A stretch of DNA of 64,000 nucleotides from contig CAWGMQ010000008.1 in assembly GCA_963823665.1 (NCBI GenBank), forward strand, positions 1,696,001-1,760,000. The letters are read 5' to 3'. Shown here one piece after another: positions 54,110 to 62,919 of this stretch (its first letter is position 1; each line of letters begins with the position of its first letter). The translations under genes and the position numbers were made by a program. The stretch is from an uncultured Planctomycetota bacterium. Its GTDB lineage: Bacteria; Planctomycetota; Planctomycetia; Isosphaerales; Isosphaeraceae. The notes below the pieces were generated by a model. The model was not told the DNA's origin. It ran no database searches and saw only the letters and a program-made list of their open reading frames with translations.

Positions 54110-55399
54110 ATGGATTTGACGTGGGTTGACCGGGCGCTGGGGAGCGGCATTCCTTATATCACGTACGCGGTACCGATCTTTTTCCTTTTGATCGGTGTGG
54201 AGCTGGTGGTGGCGCTCTGGGAGCAGAAGAAGGCGTACAGGCTGCACGATTCGATCAATGACCTTTCGTGCGGCATCACCGAGCAGATGGTGGGGATCTT
54301 TCTCAAGGGGCTCTTGTTCGCGGGATACCTGGGGACCTTTGGATTCGCCACGCGGCGCGGGATCAATCCGGTTGACGTGCAGAGCTACTCACCGGCGGGG
54401 AAGTGGGTGGCGGCGATCTTGCTGTTCCTGGGCGTGGACCTCGCGTACTACTGGTTTCACCGGATTGCGCATGAATACAACGCGCCCTGGGCGGGGCACG
54501 TGGTGCATCATTCGAGCGAGGATTACAACCTTGCGGTGGCCTTGCGGCAGGGGACGTTTCAGGGGGTATTCTCCTGGGTGTTTTACTTGCCGCTGGCGCT
54601 ACTGGGCTTTCCCCCCGCGTGGTTTGCCGCGATGTCGAGCTTCGACACGCTGTACCAGTTCTGGATCCACACCCGATTGATCGGCAAGCTGGGGCCGCTC
54701 GAGCTGATGCTGAACACGCCGTCGCACCATCGCGTGCATCACGGGCGCAATCCCAAATATCTGGACAAGAACTATGCCGGCACACTCATTATCTGGGACC
54801 GGATGTTCGGCACGTTTCAAGTTGAAGAGGAAGAGCCGGTGTACGGTCTGACGAAGCCGCTCGACAGTTGGAATCCGTTGTGGGCGAACTTTCACGTGTG
54901 GCGCGACCTGTTCCGGGACGCGTGGCTGGCACCGCGGTGGGTTGACAAGCTGCGGATCTGGTTCATGCCGCAGGGCTGGCGGCCGGAGGGTTTGCCCGCC
55001 AACCCGGCTGCTGCGGAGGTGAACCGGGCTACTTATCAACCTTATGACACACAGGTGTCGCGTGGGTTGGATGCTTATGCGTTTGTGAACTTTGCCGGTG
55101 CGCTGGTACTGGCGGTTGTGCTGCTAGCGGCCGGCACCACGATGGGGCGTGGCGAAGTGGCGGTGCTGGTGGTGCTGGTGCTGTGGGGTCTGCTCAATGT
55201 CGGCGGTATTTTCGAGCGCCGGCGGTGGGCGCTGGCTTCCGAGTTGTTGCGGCTGCCGGTGACCGGAGTTGCGCTGGCCCTGGCGCTGCCCGGAGCGGCG
55301 GGGCGTGGGGTGTTGGTGCTGGGGCTCGTGGTTTTTGGCACGGGGTTGTTGTTCTGGCTGCTGTGGCATCGAGGGCACGTTGAACGGGCGGGGTCGTGA
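54110..55399 (+). CDS. Sterol desaturase/fatty-acid hydroxylase family, alkylglycerol monooxygenase (AGMO)-like
   Basis: His boxes YYWFHRIAH, WAGHVVHHSS, YQFWIHT and TPSHHRVHH; DKNYAG..IIWDRMFGTF; additional C-terminal TM region. Confidence 0.88.
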   Translation: MDLTWVDRALGSGIPYITYAVPIFFLLIGVELVVALWEQKKAYRLHDSINDLSCGITEQMVGIFLKGLLFAGYLGTFGFATRRGINPVDVQSYSPAGKWVAAILLFLGVDLAYYWFHRIAHEYNAPWAGHVVHHSSEDYNLAVALRQGTFQGVFSWVFYLPLALLGFPPAWFAAMSSFDTLYQFWIHTRLIGKLGPLELMLNTPSHHRVHHGRNPKYLDKNYAGTLIIWDRMFGTFQVEEEEPVYGLTKPLDSWNPLWANFHVWRDLFRDAWLAPRWVDKLRIWFMPQGWRPEGLPANPAAAEVNRATYQPYDTQVSRGLDAYAFVNFAGALVLAVVLLAAGTTMGRGEVAVLVVLVLWGLLNVGGIFERRRWALASELLRLPVTGVALALALPGAAGRGVLVLGLVVFGTGLLFWLLWHRGHVERAGS

Positions 55400-55400
55400 A

Positions 55401-56306
55401 TCATTTCTCGCGTTTGCTCGCCAGGGTGCGGCGGAGCGAGCGGATCTGGTCCTGGGCGACGGCGCTGAACTTCGAGCGCAGGATCGGCGCGCCCTGGAAC
55501 CAGCCGTCGGGCTCGATAAACGCCATGTGCATCTCGACCAGCAGCGCGCCCGGCTTCAATGCGAGCCGGCTGACCTTGGCGTAGCTCATGCCACCTTCGT
55601 AAGGCTTGGGAGTTTCATCGGTCTTCGCGGTGGTTTGTCCTTGCCGGGGACGTGCTTTCCAACGGTTGGGAAGGGTCGTGGACGTGGCGAATGCGGGGTC
55701 GGTATGTGAGGCAACGACGATCGAATCGGGGGACTGGGAGGCGACGATCCGGTTGGTCACGTCAAATTCAATGCGGTCGAGAAGCCGGGAGTGCACGTGG
55801 GCGAACCACTGGTTCTCACCGCTTGCGGGCCGGGCGGTTTTGACGGCGGCGGCGCGGAGATCGTCTTCCTTCAGGAGCCGGGTCTCGAAGAACATATTGG
55901 CGACGTCGACTGCCTTCTGATCGGTGCGCGACGCTTCCTGGGCGAAGTCGACCTGTTTGAGCTCGGCGTGGACGATGAACCAGACGTCGGCAACCCGGAT
56001 TTTGGCACCCTTTGCCTCCACGTCATGGACCTTGATGATGAAAGGCGAGAAGACCGAGTCGCGCAGCAGGTTTTCAAGCGCGGTATTGGAGCCGGCGAGC
56101 TCGTGGAGAACGGCGCGCTGGGACTGGGCATTCTGGCCATCGGAAAGGCGGGGTCTGGGCAGGGTGACTTTCTGCCCGCCGGATTCGAGGCCTTTTTCCA
56201 GGACCTCGTTGAACACGATGTTTTGAGCGTGAGCCGGCTCGATTTGAGTCTGTCCGGCGGTTTGTCCGGCGAGCGCAGCGGCCAACAAAATCGTTGTTGT
56301 GATCAT
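55401..56306 (-). CDS. Secreted hypothetical protein
   Basis: Signal MITTTILLAAALAGQ; clean ORF. Confidence 0.7.
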   Translation of the reverse strand: MITTTILLAAALAGQTAGQTQIEPAHAQNIVFNEVLEKGLESGGQKVTLPRPRLSDGQNAQSQRAVLHELAGSNTALENLLRDSVFSPFIIKVHDVEAKGAKIRVADVWFIVHAELKQVDFAQEASRTDQKAVDVANMFFETRLLKEDDLRAAAVKTARPASGENQWFAHVHSRLLDRIEFDVTNRIVASQSPDSIVVASHTDPAFATSTTLPNRWKARPRQGQTTAKTDETPKPYEGGMSYAKVSRLALKPGALLVEMHMAFIEPDGWFQGAPILRSKFSAVAQDQIRSLRRTLASKREK

Positions 56307-56455
56307 GAGATTTACTCGGGTCCTTCCGGATGTAATGGTGTTGAGGACAAGTTTGCCCAGAAGGGGGTCGATAGTAAAGAAGAGGTCACTCGAATCCTCT
56401 CGAGACAACAAGAAGCCGGTTAAGGCTGGAGAAATTGAACGGCAAACGGGGTGCC

Positions 56456-57577
56456 ATGATGGCTGAACGGGGACGGATGCGCAAACTCTGTGGGGGCGCG
56501 GGTTGGCTGTGGTGGCTCGCGACGGGGCTGGCCGGCCTGGGCGGGTGCGGACATGCAATTCCCATCGCGGCGCAATTTCAGGGAGGGGTCGGAGCAAACG
56601 TGGTGGCAAACGCGACGTTCAAGGGGGACGTCGAAGTGAAGCTGCCGGCGGCAACTGATCCGGGGGAAATCATCGCGACGGTCGTTCGTGCGGGTCAATC
56701 GCAGTCGCCTTGTGCGCGGATTGCGCTCGTCGATGTCGACGGGGTCTTGCTCAACCAGAATTACGGTAGCCTTGCGGCCGTGGGAGACAACCCGCTGGCG
56801 GGGTTTCGAGACAAGCTGGAAGCGGCCGCGCGGGATCCTCAAGTTGTGGCGGTTCTGCTCAGGGTGAACAGTCCGGGAGGGAGCGTGACAGCGTGCGACA
56901 TCATGGCTGAGGAGCTTCGGCAATTCCGGGCCGAGACGCACAAGCCGGTTGTTGCCTGTCTGATGGATGTCGCCACATCCGGCGCGTATTACGTTGCCGC
57001 GGGAAGCGACCGGATCGTGGCGCACCCGACGGCGTTGACCGGTGGTTTGGGCGTCGTGTTCAATCATTTCAATCTGGAAGACGCCATGGCGCAGCTCAAT
57101 GTCGTTTCGGATCCCGTCAAGTCGGGAGAGAACATCGACATGGGAACCGTTACCCGCGTGCTCGACGACAACATGCGACCGCTGTTGCAGAAGATGGCCG
57201 ACTCATATCGCGAGCACCTGGAGCGCAAGATCAAGGAACGGCGGACGACCATGACGGCTCAGGACCAGCAGACGCTCAAGGATGGGCGGATCGTCGTCGC
57301 ATCCGAAGGTCTGGCTCTGCACCTGGTCGATCGGCTAGGCTACCTGCATGACGCCATCGCGCTCGCCGAACAAGTCAGCGGTGTCTCGAATGCCGAAGTC
57401 GTGCTGCTGCATCGATCTGGGTATCCCGCGCATTCGCTTTATGCGATCACACCATCGCCGGCCCCACTGACCGAGTCGCTTCCGTTTAGCTACCCTGGCC
57501 TTGATCGAACTAAACTACCTTCGTTTCTTTATTTATGGCAGCCAGATCCAACGCTACCGCGACTGGGCTCGCATTGA
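56456..57577 (+). CDS. sppA: S49-family peptidase (SppA-like), probable lipoprotein
   Basis: LRVNSPGGSV, KPVVA, ATSGAYYVA, GGLGV; lipobox-like LGGC. Confidence 0.82.
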   Translation: MMAERGRMRKLCGGAGWLWWLATGLAGLGGCGHAIPIAAQFQGGVGANVVANATFKGDVEVKLPAATDPGEIIATVVRAGQSQSPCARIALVDVDGVLLNQNYGSLAAVGDNPLAGFRDKLEAAARDPQVVAVLLRVNSPGGSVTACDIMAEELRQFRAETHKPVVACLMDVATSGAYYVAAGSDRIVAHPTALTGGLGVVFNHFNLEDAMAQLNVVSDPVKSGENIDMGTVTRVLDDNMRPLLQKMADSYREHLERKIKERRTTMTAQDQQTLKDGRIVVASEGLALHLVDRLGYLHDAIALAEQVSGVSNAEVVLLHRSGYPAHSLYAITPSPAPLTESLPFSYPGLDRTKLPSFLYLWQPDPTLPRLGSH

Positions 57578-57633
57578 CGGCACCGGCGCGGCCGGATGAT
57601 GTTCCGCCGCGGCCTACGGGAGGCCGTGGGACC

Positions 57634-58617
57634 GTGGCGGACCCAGAGCCGGCTGATTGGCCGGTCTTGGTGACGGGGGCTGGGGGATTTGTCGGGGGGC
57701 ATGTTGCGCGTCACCTTGCGAGCTCCGGGCATTTCGTGCGGGCGGTGGCGCGACGGCCGGTAGCGGCCGAAGCGGGAGACCCTGCGATCGACTGGGTGGT
57801 GGGCGACTTGTTGGAGGCCGATGTGAGGGCCCGGGCGCTGGCAGGGGTGCGCGGGGTGATTCACGCGGCGAGCTGGGTGTCTCTGGGACCGGATCGCCAG
57901 GGGATCAGCCAATCCACGAATGTCGAGCTCACGCGGGACCTGCTCGCCGAAGCGCGAGCGGCCGGAGTCGAGCGGTTTGTGTACACGTCGAGTCTGTACA
58001 CGCTGGCGGCGGGAACACCCGAGCAGTCGGCCGACGAGTCTTCGGAGTGGAACCTGCAACGGGTCGACTCGTCGTACACCCGCACCAAGCGGGAGGCAGA
58101 ACGGCTAGTTCTGGAGGCGAACGGCGAAGGGTTCAGCACGATTGCGCTCTGTCCGGGGATGGTTCTGGGCCCGCGGGACCCGAAGCCAACGTCGACGCAG
58201 ATCGTCAAAGGTTATTCGCGGACGATGATCGCGATCGCGCCCTGGGGTGGGATACCGATCGTGGATTCGCGGTTGCTGGCGATTGCGCATCGGCGGGCGC
58301 TGGTCGCGGGTGGATCGGGCCAACGTTATGCCGTTGTCGGGCCTTACTTGAGCTATGGGGAACTGGCGAAGCTGGTAGCTGCGATCACCGGGCGGCCGCG
58401 CTGGATCGTGCCGTTGCCGAAGCTGGTTGAACCGCTGGTCGTGGGGGCTGCCGTCTGGCTGGGACCGCTGCTGCGAAGGTCGTGGCCGGACGTGTCGCGT
58501 GCGCTCGTGGGAGGGGGATTTCTGCAGATGTATTTCAGCGGCGAACGGGCAAATGCATGCCTGGGGCTCGAGCATCCGTCTGCGCGCGAGACAATTGCTT
58601 CTTGCTTTTCGCCTTAA
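57634..58617 (+). CDS. NAD-dependent epimerase/dehydratase (dihydroflavonol-reductase/HpnA-like)
   Basis: VLVTGAGGFVGG, VIHAA, VYTSS, YTRTK, PGMVLGP. Confidence 0.85.
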   Translation: MADPEPADWPVLVTGAGGFVGGHVARHLASSGHFVRAVARRPVAAEAGDPAIDWVVGDLLEADVRARALAGVRGVIHAASWVSLGPDRQGISQSTNVELTRDLLAEARAAGVERFVYTSSLYTLAAGTPEQSADESSEWNLQRVDSSYTRTKREAERLVLEANGEGFSTIALCPGMVLGPRDPKPTSTQIVKGYSRTMIAIAPWGGIPIVDSRLLAIAHRRALVAGGSGQRYAVVGPYLSYGELAKLVAAITGRPRWIVPLPKLVEPLVVGAAVWLGPLLRRSWPDVSRALVGGGFLQMYFSGERANACLGLEHPSARETIASCFSP

Positions 58618-58829
58618 AGAAGGGAGGCCGTTGCGTGCGAGGTGTCTGACCGAATGCATCACGGCGATTGTGCTTGACAAATGTGAACGTGGCGACGGTC
58701 ACCGTGCTTGCACGGCTGATCGGAATCAGGCAAGATCGTAGCTATTGCATGTGCGGCAGCATTCGAGACATGCGTGACTGCGGGGTGGTTCCGATCGTTG
58801 GCCGCTCGGGTTCGCCGGAGGTTCTCAAG

Positions 58830-60164
58830 ATGCTCGAAACACCGCTCGTTTTCTTGACGCTTCTGGTCGGGCAGACTTCGGCGGCGACGCAACCCGCGGT
58901 CAAGCAGAAATCGACGCCGAAAGCCGCCGCGCCGGTGGATCGCGACAAGGCGGTGTCGGAATACAACTTCCTCAAAGAGAAGACGCCAATGACCGCCGCT
59001 GCGCGGTGGAAACTGGCGATCTGGTGCGAAGAGCATGGACTCGCGGATCTCGCCTTTGTGCACCTGGGCGAGGTGATTTCACTTGACCCGGGCCGCGACG
59101 TGGCCTGGCGCAAGCTTGGATTCAAGAAACTGGGAAACCGCTGGGCGAGCGAAGCGGAGATCGCCGAGGACCTTGAACGGAAGAAGGCGGACAAGCGGTG
59201 GGGGCCGCAATTAAGGAAGGTGCACAAGGACATTCACGGATCCAACGGCAAAGCGAAGCGATTGCTGGCCGAGGCCGAGCTCGACAAGATCACCGATCCG
59301 AGGGCTGTTGTGTCGGTTTACCGCGAATTTGGCGCGGGCGGTGAGACGGACCACTGGATTCTAGTCGACTTTCTCAGGCGGATCGACAAGCCGATGTCTT
59401 CAAAGGCCCTGGCCTTGATTTCTGTCTACGGGAAGTCGAAGGACATTCGCCGGGCTGCGACCGATGTTCTGCGTGGCAGGCCGAGCGACGACTTCATCGA
59501 CGTGCTGGTCGGGCTGATGACCGACGAGTACAGGTATGAAGTGAGGCCGGTCGGCGGCCCGGGCTCGCCCGGGGTGTTATTCGTCGAGGGCGAGAAGTTC
59601 AACGTGAGCCGGTTTTACGCGCCACCCGCTGCGCCCAATATCGTGCCTCAGCCCGGCGACATGATCACGTATGATCAATATGGCGAGCCGATCATCAACC
59701 GTCCCATGCGGCGGGTCGCGGAGATGGGCCCGATGATCATGGAAAAACCCACGGCGACGAAGCGTGTGACCAAGCAACAGGAGGAGGATGTCACCGAGTA
59801 TGCTCAGATCTCCCCGTCCCAGCTCGCCATGGAAGCCCAGAGGGGTGCGCTCGGGGCCAAAAACCAGCTCGAGGACGACGTCGAATTGATCAAGTCAATC
59901 AACAAGGAACGGAAGACATTCAACGAGCTGGTCATGGCGGTTGCGAAGGACGTCACCGGGAAGGACGGCATCAAGACGCCGAAGGAATGGCGCGAGACGC
60001 TGGCCGGGGGCAAAGGCTTCAGCAAGCGGCCCTCTTCGGCCAATCCAACATACGGTGAGATGGTGGCCCTGGCGTACAACCCGGTATTCGGGCCGGCGGG
60101 CTTCACCGCCCGAGGCGAGTTCAGAGTGCATGTTCGCGCGTGGGAGATCCCGGTCGACAACTGA
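58830..60164 (+). CDS. Secreted helical (TPR/HEAT-like) planctomycete protein, array copy 1
   Basis: GGAGG RBS; signal ending LLVGQ; ARWKLAIWCEEHGL...DPGRDVAWRKLGF..RW. Confidence 0.8.
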   Translation: MLETPLVFLTLLVGQTSAATQPAVKQKSTPKAAAPVDRDKAVSEYNFLKEKTPMTAAARWKLAIWCEEHGLADLAFVHLGEVISLDPGRDVAWRKLGFKKLGNRWASEAEIAEDLERKKADKRWGPQLRKVHKDIHGSNGKAKRLLAEAELDKITDPRAVVSVYREFGAGGETDHWILVDFLRRIDKPMSSKALALISVYGKSKDIRRAATDVLRGRPSDDFIDVLVGLMTDEYRYEVRPVGGPGSPGVLFVEGEKFNVSRFYAPPAAPNIVPQPGDMITYDQYGEPIINRPMRRVAEMGPMIMEKPTATKRVTKQQEEDVTEYAQISPSQLAMEAQRGALGAKNQLEDDVELIKSINKERKTFNELVMAVAKDVTGKDGIKTPKEWRETLAGGKGFSKRPSSANPTYGEMVALAYNPVFGPAGFTARGEFRVHVRAWEIPVDN

Positions 60165-60227
60165 CCGGAGCTCCATCGATAGCTTCCGGTCCGGAAGCTT
60201 TAGCGCCTTGGTTGCGGAGGTTTTGAG

Positions 60228-61511
60228 ATGATCGGATCACCGCTCGTCGTGCTGGCGATTCTGGTCGGTCAGACCGCGGCCCCGAAGGATTCAGGGGAGA
60301 AGAAAACTTCTGCGGCGAAGCCAGGCGGCAGGATTGTGTCCGACAAAGTGATGTCGGAATACAACGTCCTCAAAGCCAAGACGCCAATGACGGCTGCTGC
60401 GCGGTGGAAACTGGCACTTTGGTGTGAAGAGCATCGCTTGAAGGATCTCGCCTTTGTGCATCTGGGCGAGGTGATTTCACTTGATCCGGGGCGCGACGCG
60501 GCCTGGCGCAAGCTTGGCTTCAAGAAGCAGGGAAACCGCTGGCTGAGCGAGGCGGAGATCGCGGAGGAGCAGGAGCTAAAGAAGGCCGACAAGCGGTGGG
60601 GACCGATTCTGAAGGCGGTGCACAAGGACATTCACGGGACCAACGGCAAGGCGAGAAGAGTGGCTGCGGAGGCCGAGTTCGACAAAATCACGGATCCCCA
60701 GGCGGTGGTGCCGGCATACCGGGAGTTTGGTGGCGGGGGCGAGACGGACCACTGGCTGCTGATCGACATTCTCTCGCGGATCGAGGCGCCCGCGGCTTCG
60801 AAGCTGATGGCATTGATGGCTGTCTACGGCAAGTCGAAGGAAATTCGCCGGGGTGCGACCGAGGAGCTGCGCAAGAGGAAAAGCGATGAATACCTCGAGT
60901 TGTTGACCGGGCTGATGGCCGACGAGTACAAGTATGAGGTCAGGCAGGTCGGCGGTCCGGGGTTGCCCGGGATCTTGTTCGTGGAAGGTGAGAGGTTCAA
61001 CGTAAGGCGGTTTTACGCGCCGCCGGCGGCGCCCAACATCGTACCGCAGCCTCGCGACATCATCGCCTACGATTCAGTGGGCGAGCCGATCATTATCCGG
61101 CCGATCAGCGAGCTTGCTCTCGCGGACGCCGAATCGATCCCCCGAACCGGCTTGGCCGCACAGCCGAGGTTGGGGGAATACACTGAGATTTCGCCCTCCC
61201 GGGTCCAACTGGAAGCGGAGAGGGGGGCAGAGGAGGCCGGGAGGCAGCTCTCCCGAGATGTGGATATGATCAAGTTGATCAACAAGGAACGGAAAGAGTT
61301 CAACGAGCTGGTGATGCGGGTGGCGAGGGACGCGACCGGACACGACGGCAAGACACCGAAGGAGTGGCGGGAGAAGGTGCTCGGAAAAGGTTTCAGCAAA
61401 CCGCCCGGAGACAAGCCGACTTATCCTGAGATGGCGGTGCTCGAGTACAAGCCGGAATTCCAGCGCGTCACGACCCGATTGATACTCAAAGTTTGGATCG
61501 ACGACGGGTGA
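60228..61511 (+). CDS. Array copy 2
   Basis: Full-length paralog of copy 1. Confidence 0.82.
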   Translation: MIGSPLVVLAILVGQTAAPKDSGEKKTSAAKPGGRIVSDKVMSEYNVLKAKTPMTAAARWKLALWCEEHRLKDLAFVHLGEVISLDPGRDAAWRKLGFKKQGNRWLSEAEIAEEQELKKADKRWGPILKAVHKDIHGTNGKARRVAAEAEFDKITDPQAVVPAYREFGGGGETDHWLLIDILSRIEAPAASKLMALMAVYGKSKEIRRGATEELRKRKSDEYLELLTGLMADEYKYEVRQVGGPGLPGILFVEGERFNVRRFYAPPAAPNIVPQPRDIIAYDSVGEPIIIRPISELALADAESIPRTGLAAQPRLGEYTEISPSRVQLEAERGAEEAGRQLSRDVDMIKLINKERKEFNELVMRVARDATGHDGKTPKEWREKVLGKGFSKPPGDKPTYPEMAVLEYKPEFQRVTTRLILKVWIDDG

Positions 61512-61573
61512 CCTGAGATGCATTGATCGCTTCCGGTTCGGAAGCTTACACGCTTGGTTGCGGAGGTTTTGAG

Positions 61574-62857
61574 ATGATCGGAACACCGGTCATTGCACTG
61601 GCGCTTCTGGTTGGTCAGACGGCGGCCCCGAAGGACTCGGGGCAGAAGAAGGATCCGGCGGCGAAGCCGGGTGCCAGGATTGCTTCCGAGAAATTGATCT
61701 CGGAATACAACGTCCTCAAAGCGAAGACGCCGATGACCGCTGCTGCGCGGTGGAAACTGGCGATTTGGTGTGAAGAGCATCGCTTGAAGGATCTCGCCTT
61801 TGTGCATCTGGGCGAAGTGATTTCACTTGATCCGGAGCGGGACGCGGCGTGGCGCAAGCTTGGTTTCAAGAAGCAGGGGAACCGCTGGGTGAGCGACGCG
61901 GAGATCGCTGAGGACCTCGAGCAGAAGAAGGCGGACAAGAGGTGGGGGCCGGCGCTCAAGAGATTGCACAAGGACATTCATGGGACCAACGGCAAGGCGA
62001 GAAGAGTGGCTGCGGAGGCCGAGCTCGACAAAATCACGGATCCCACGGCCGTGGTGCCGGCATACCGGGAGTTTGCTGGCGGGGGCGAGACGGACCACTG
62101 GCTGCTGATCGACTTTCTCTCGCGGATCGAGGGGCCGGCGTCGTCGAAGGTGATGGCCTTGCTCGCTGTGTACGGCAAGACGAAGGAAATTCGCCGGAGT
62201 GCGACCGAGGAGCTGCGCAAGAGGAAAAGCGATGAATACCTCGAGTTGTTGACCGGGCTGATGGCCGACGAGTACAAGTATGAGGTCAGGCAGGTCGGCG
62301 GTCCGGGGTTGCCCGGGATCTTGTTCGTGGAAGGTGAGAGGTTCAACGTAAGGCGGTTTTACGCGCCGCCGGCGGCGCCCAACATCGTACCGCAGCCTCG
62401 CGACATCATCGCCTACGATTCAGTGGGCGAGCCGATCATTATCCGGCCGATCAGCGAGCTTGCTCTCGGAGAAGCAGCATCGATCCGCGGAACCGGCTTG
62501 GCCGCACAGGCGAGGTTGGGGGAATACAATGAGATTTCGCCTATCCGGGGCGAAATGGAAGCGGAGAAAGGGGCAGAGGAGGCCAGGAGGCAGATCGATC
62601 GCGATGTGGATATGATCAAGTTGATCAACAAGGAACGGAAAGTGTTCAACGAGCTGGTGATGGGGGTGGCGAAGGACGCTAGCGGAAAAGACGGCAAGAC
62701 ACCAAAGGAATGGCGGGAGAAGGTGCTCGGAAAAGGTTTCAGCAAACCGCCCGGAGACAAGCCGACTTATCCTGAGATGGCGGTGCTCGAGTACAATCCG
62801 GCATTCCAGCGCATCACGACCCGAGTGATACTCAAAACTTGGATCGACGACGGGTGA
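61574..62857 (+). CDS. Array copy 3
   Basis: Same length as copy 2 and starts exactly 1346 bp later. Confidence 0.82.
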   Translation: MIGTPVIALALLVGQTAAPKDSGQKKDPAAKPGARIASEKLISEYNVLKAKTPMTAAARWKLAIWCEEHRLKDLAFVHLGEVISLDPERDAAWRKLGFKKQGNRWVSDAEIAEDLEQKKADKRWGPALKRLHKDIHGTNGKARRVAAEAELDKITDPTAVVPAYREFAGGGETDHWLLIDFLSRIEGPASSKVMALLAVYGKTKEIRRSATEELRKRKSDEYLELLTGLMADEYKYEVRQVGGPGLPGILFVEGERFNVRRFYAPPAAPNIVPQPRDIIAYDSVGEPIIIRPISELALGEAASIRGTGLAAQARLGEYNEISPIRGEMEAEKGAEEARRQIDRDVDMIKLINKERKVFNELVMGVAKDASGKDGKTPKEWREKVLGKGFSKPPGDKPTYPEMAVLEYNPAFQRITTRVILKTWIDDG

Positions 62858-62919
62858 CCGGAGATGCATTGATCGCTTCCGGTTCGGAAGCTTACACGCT
62901 TGGTTGCGGAGGTTTTGAG

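Noticed and set aside
58674..58705. Sigma70 promoter for the paralog array (perfect TTGACA)
   Set aside because: No acceptable -10 hexamer at 16-18 bp spacing.
60165..62919. Intergenic hairpins as intrinsic terminators or integron attC sites
   Set aside because: No T-tract follows, there are no RYYYAAC/GTTRRRY ends, and no integrase is present.
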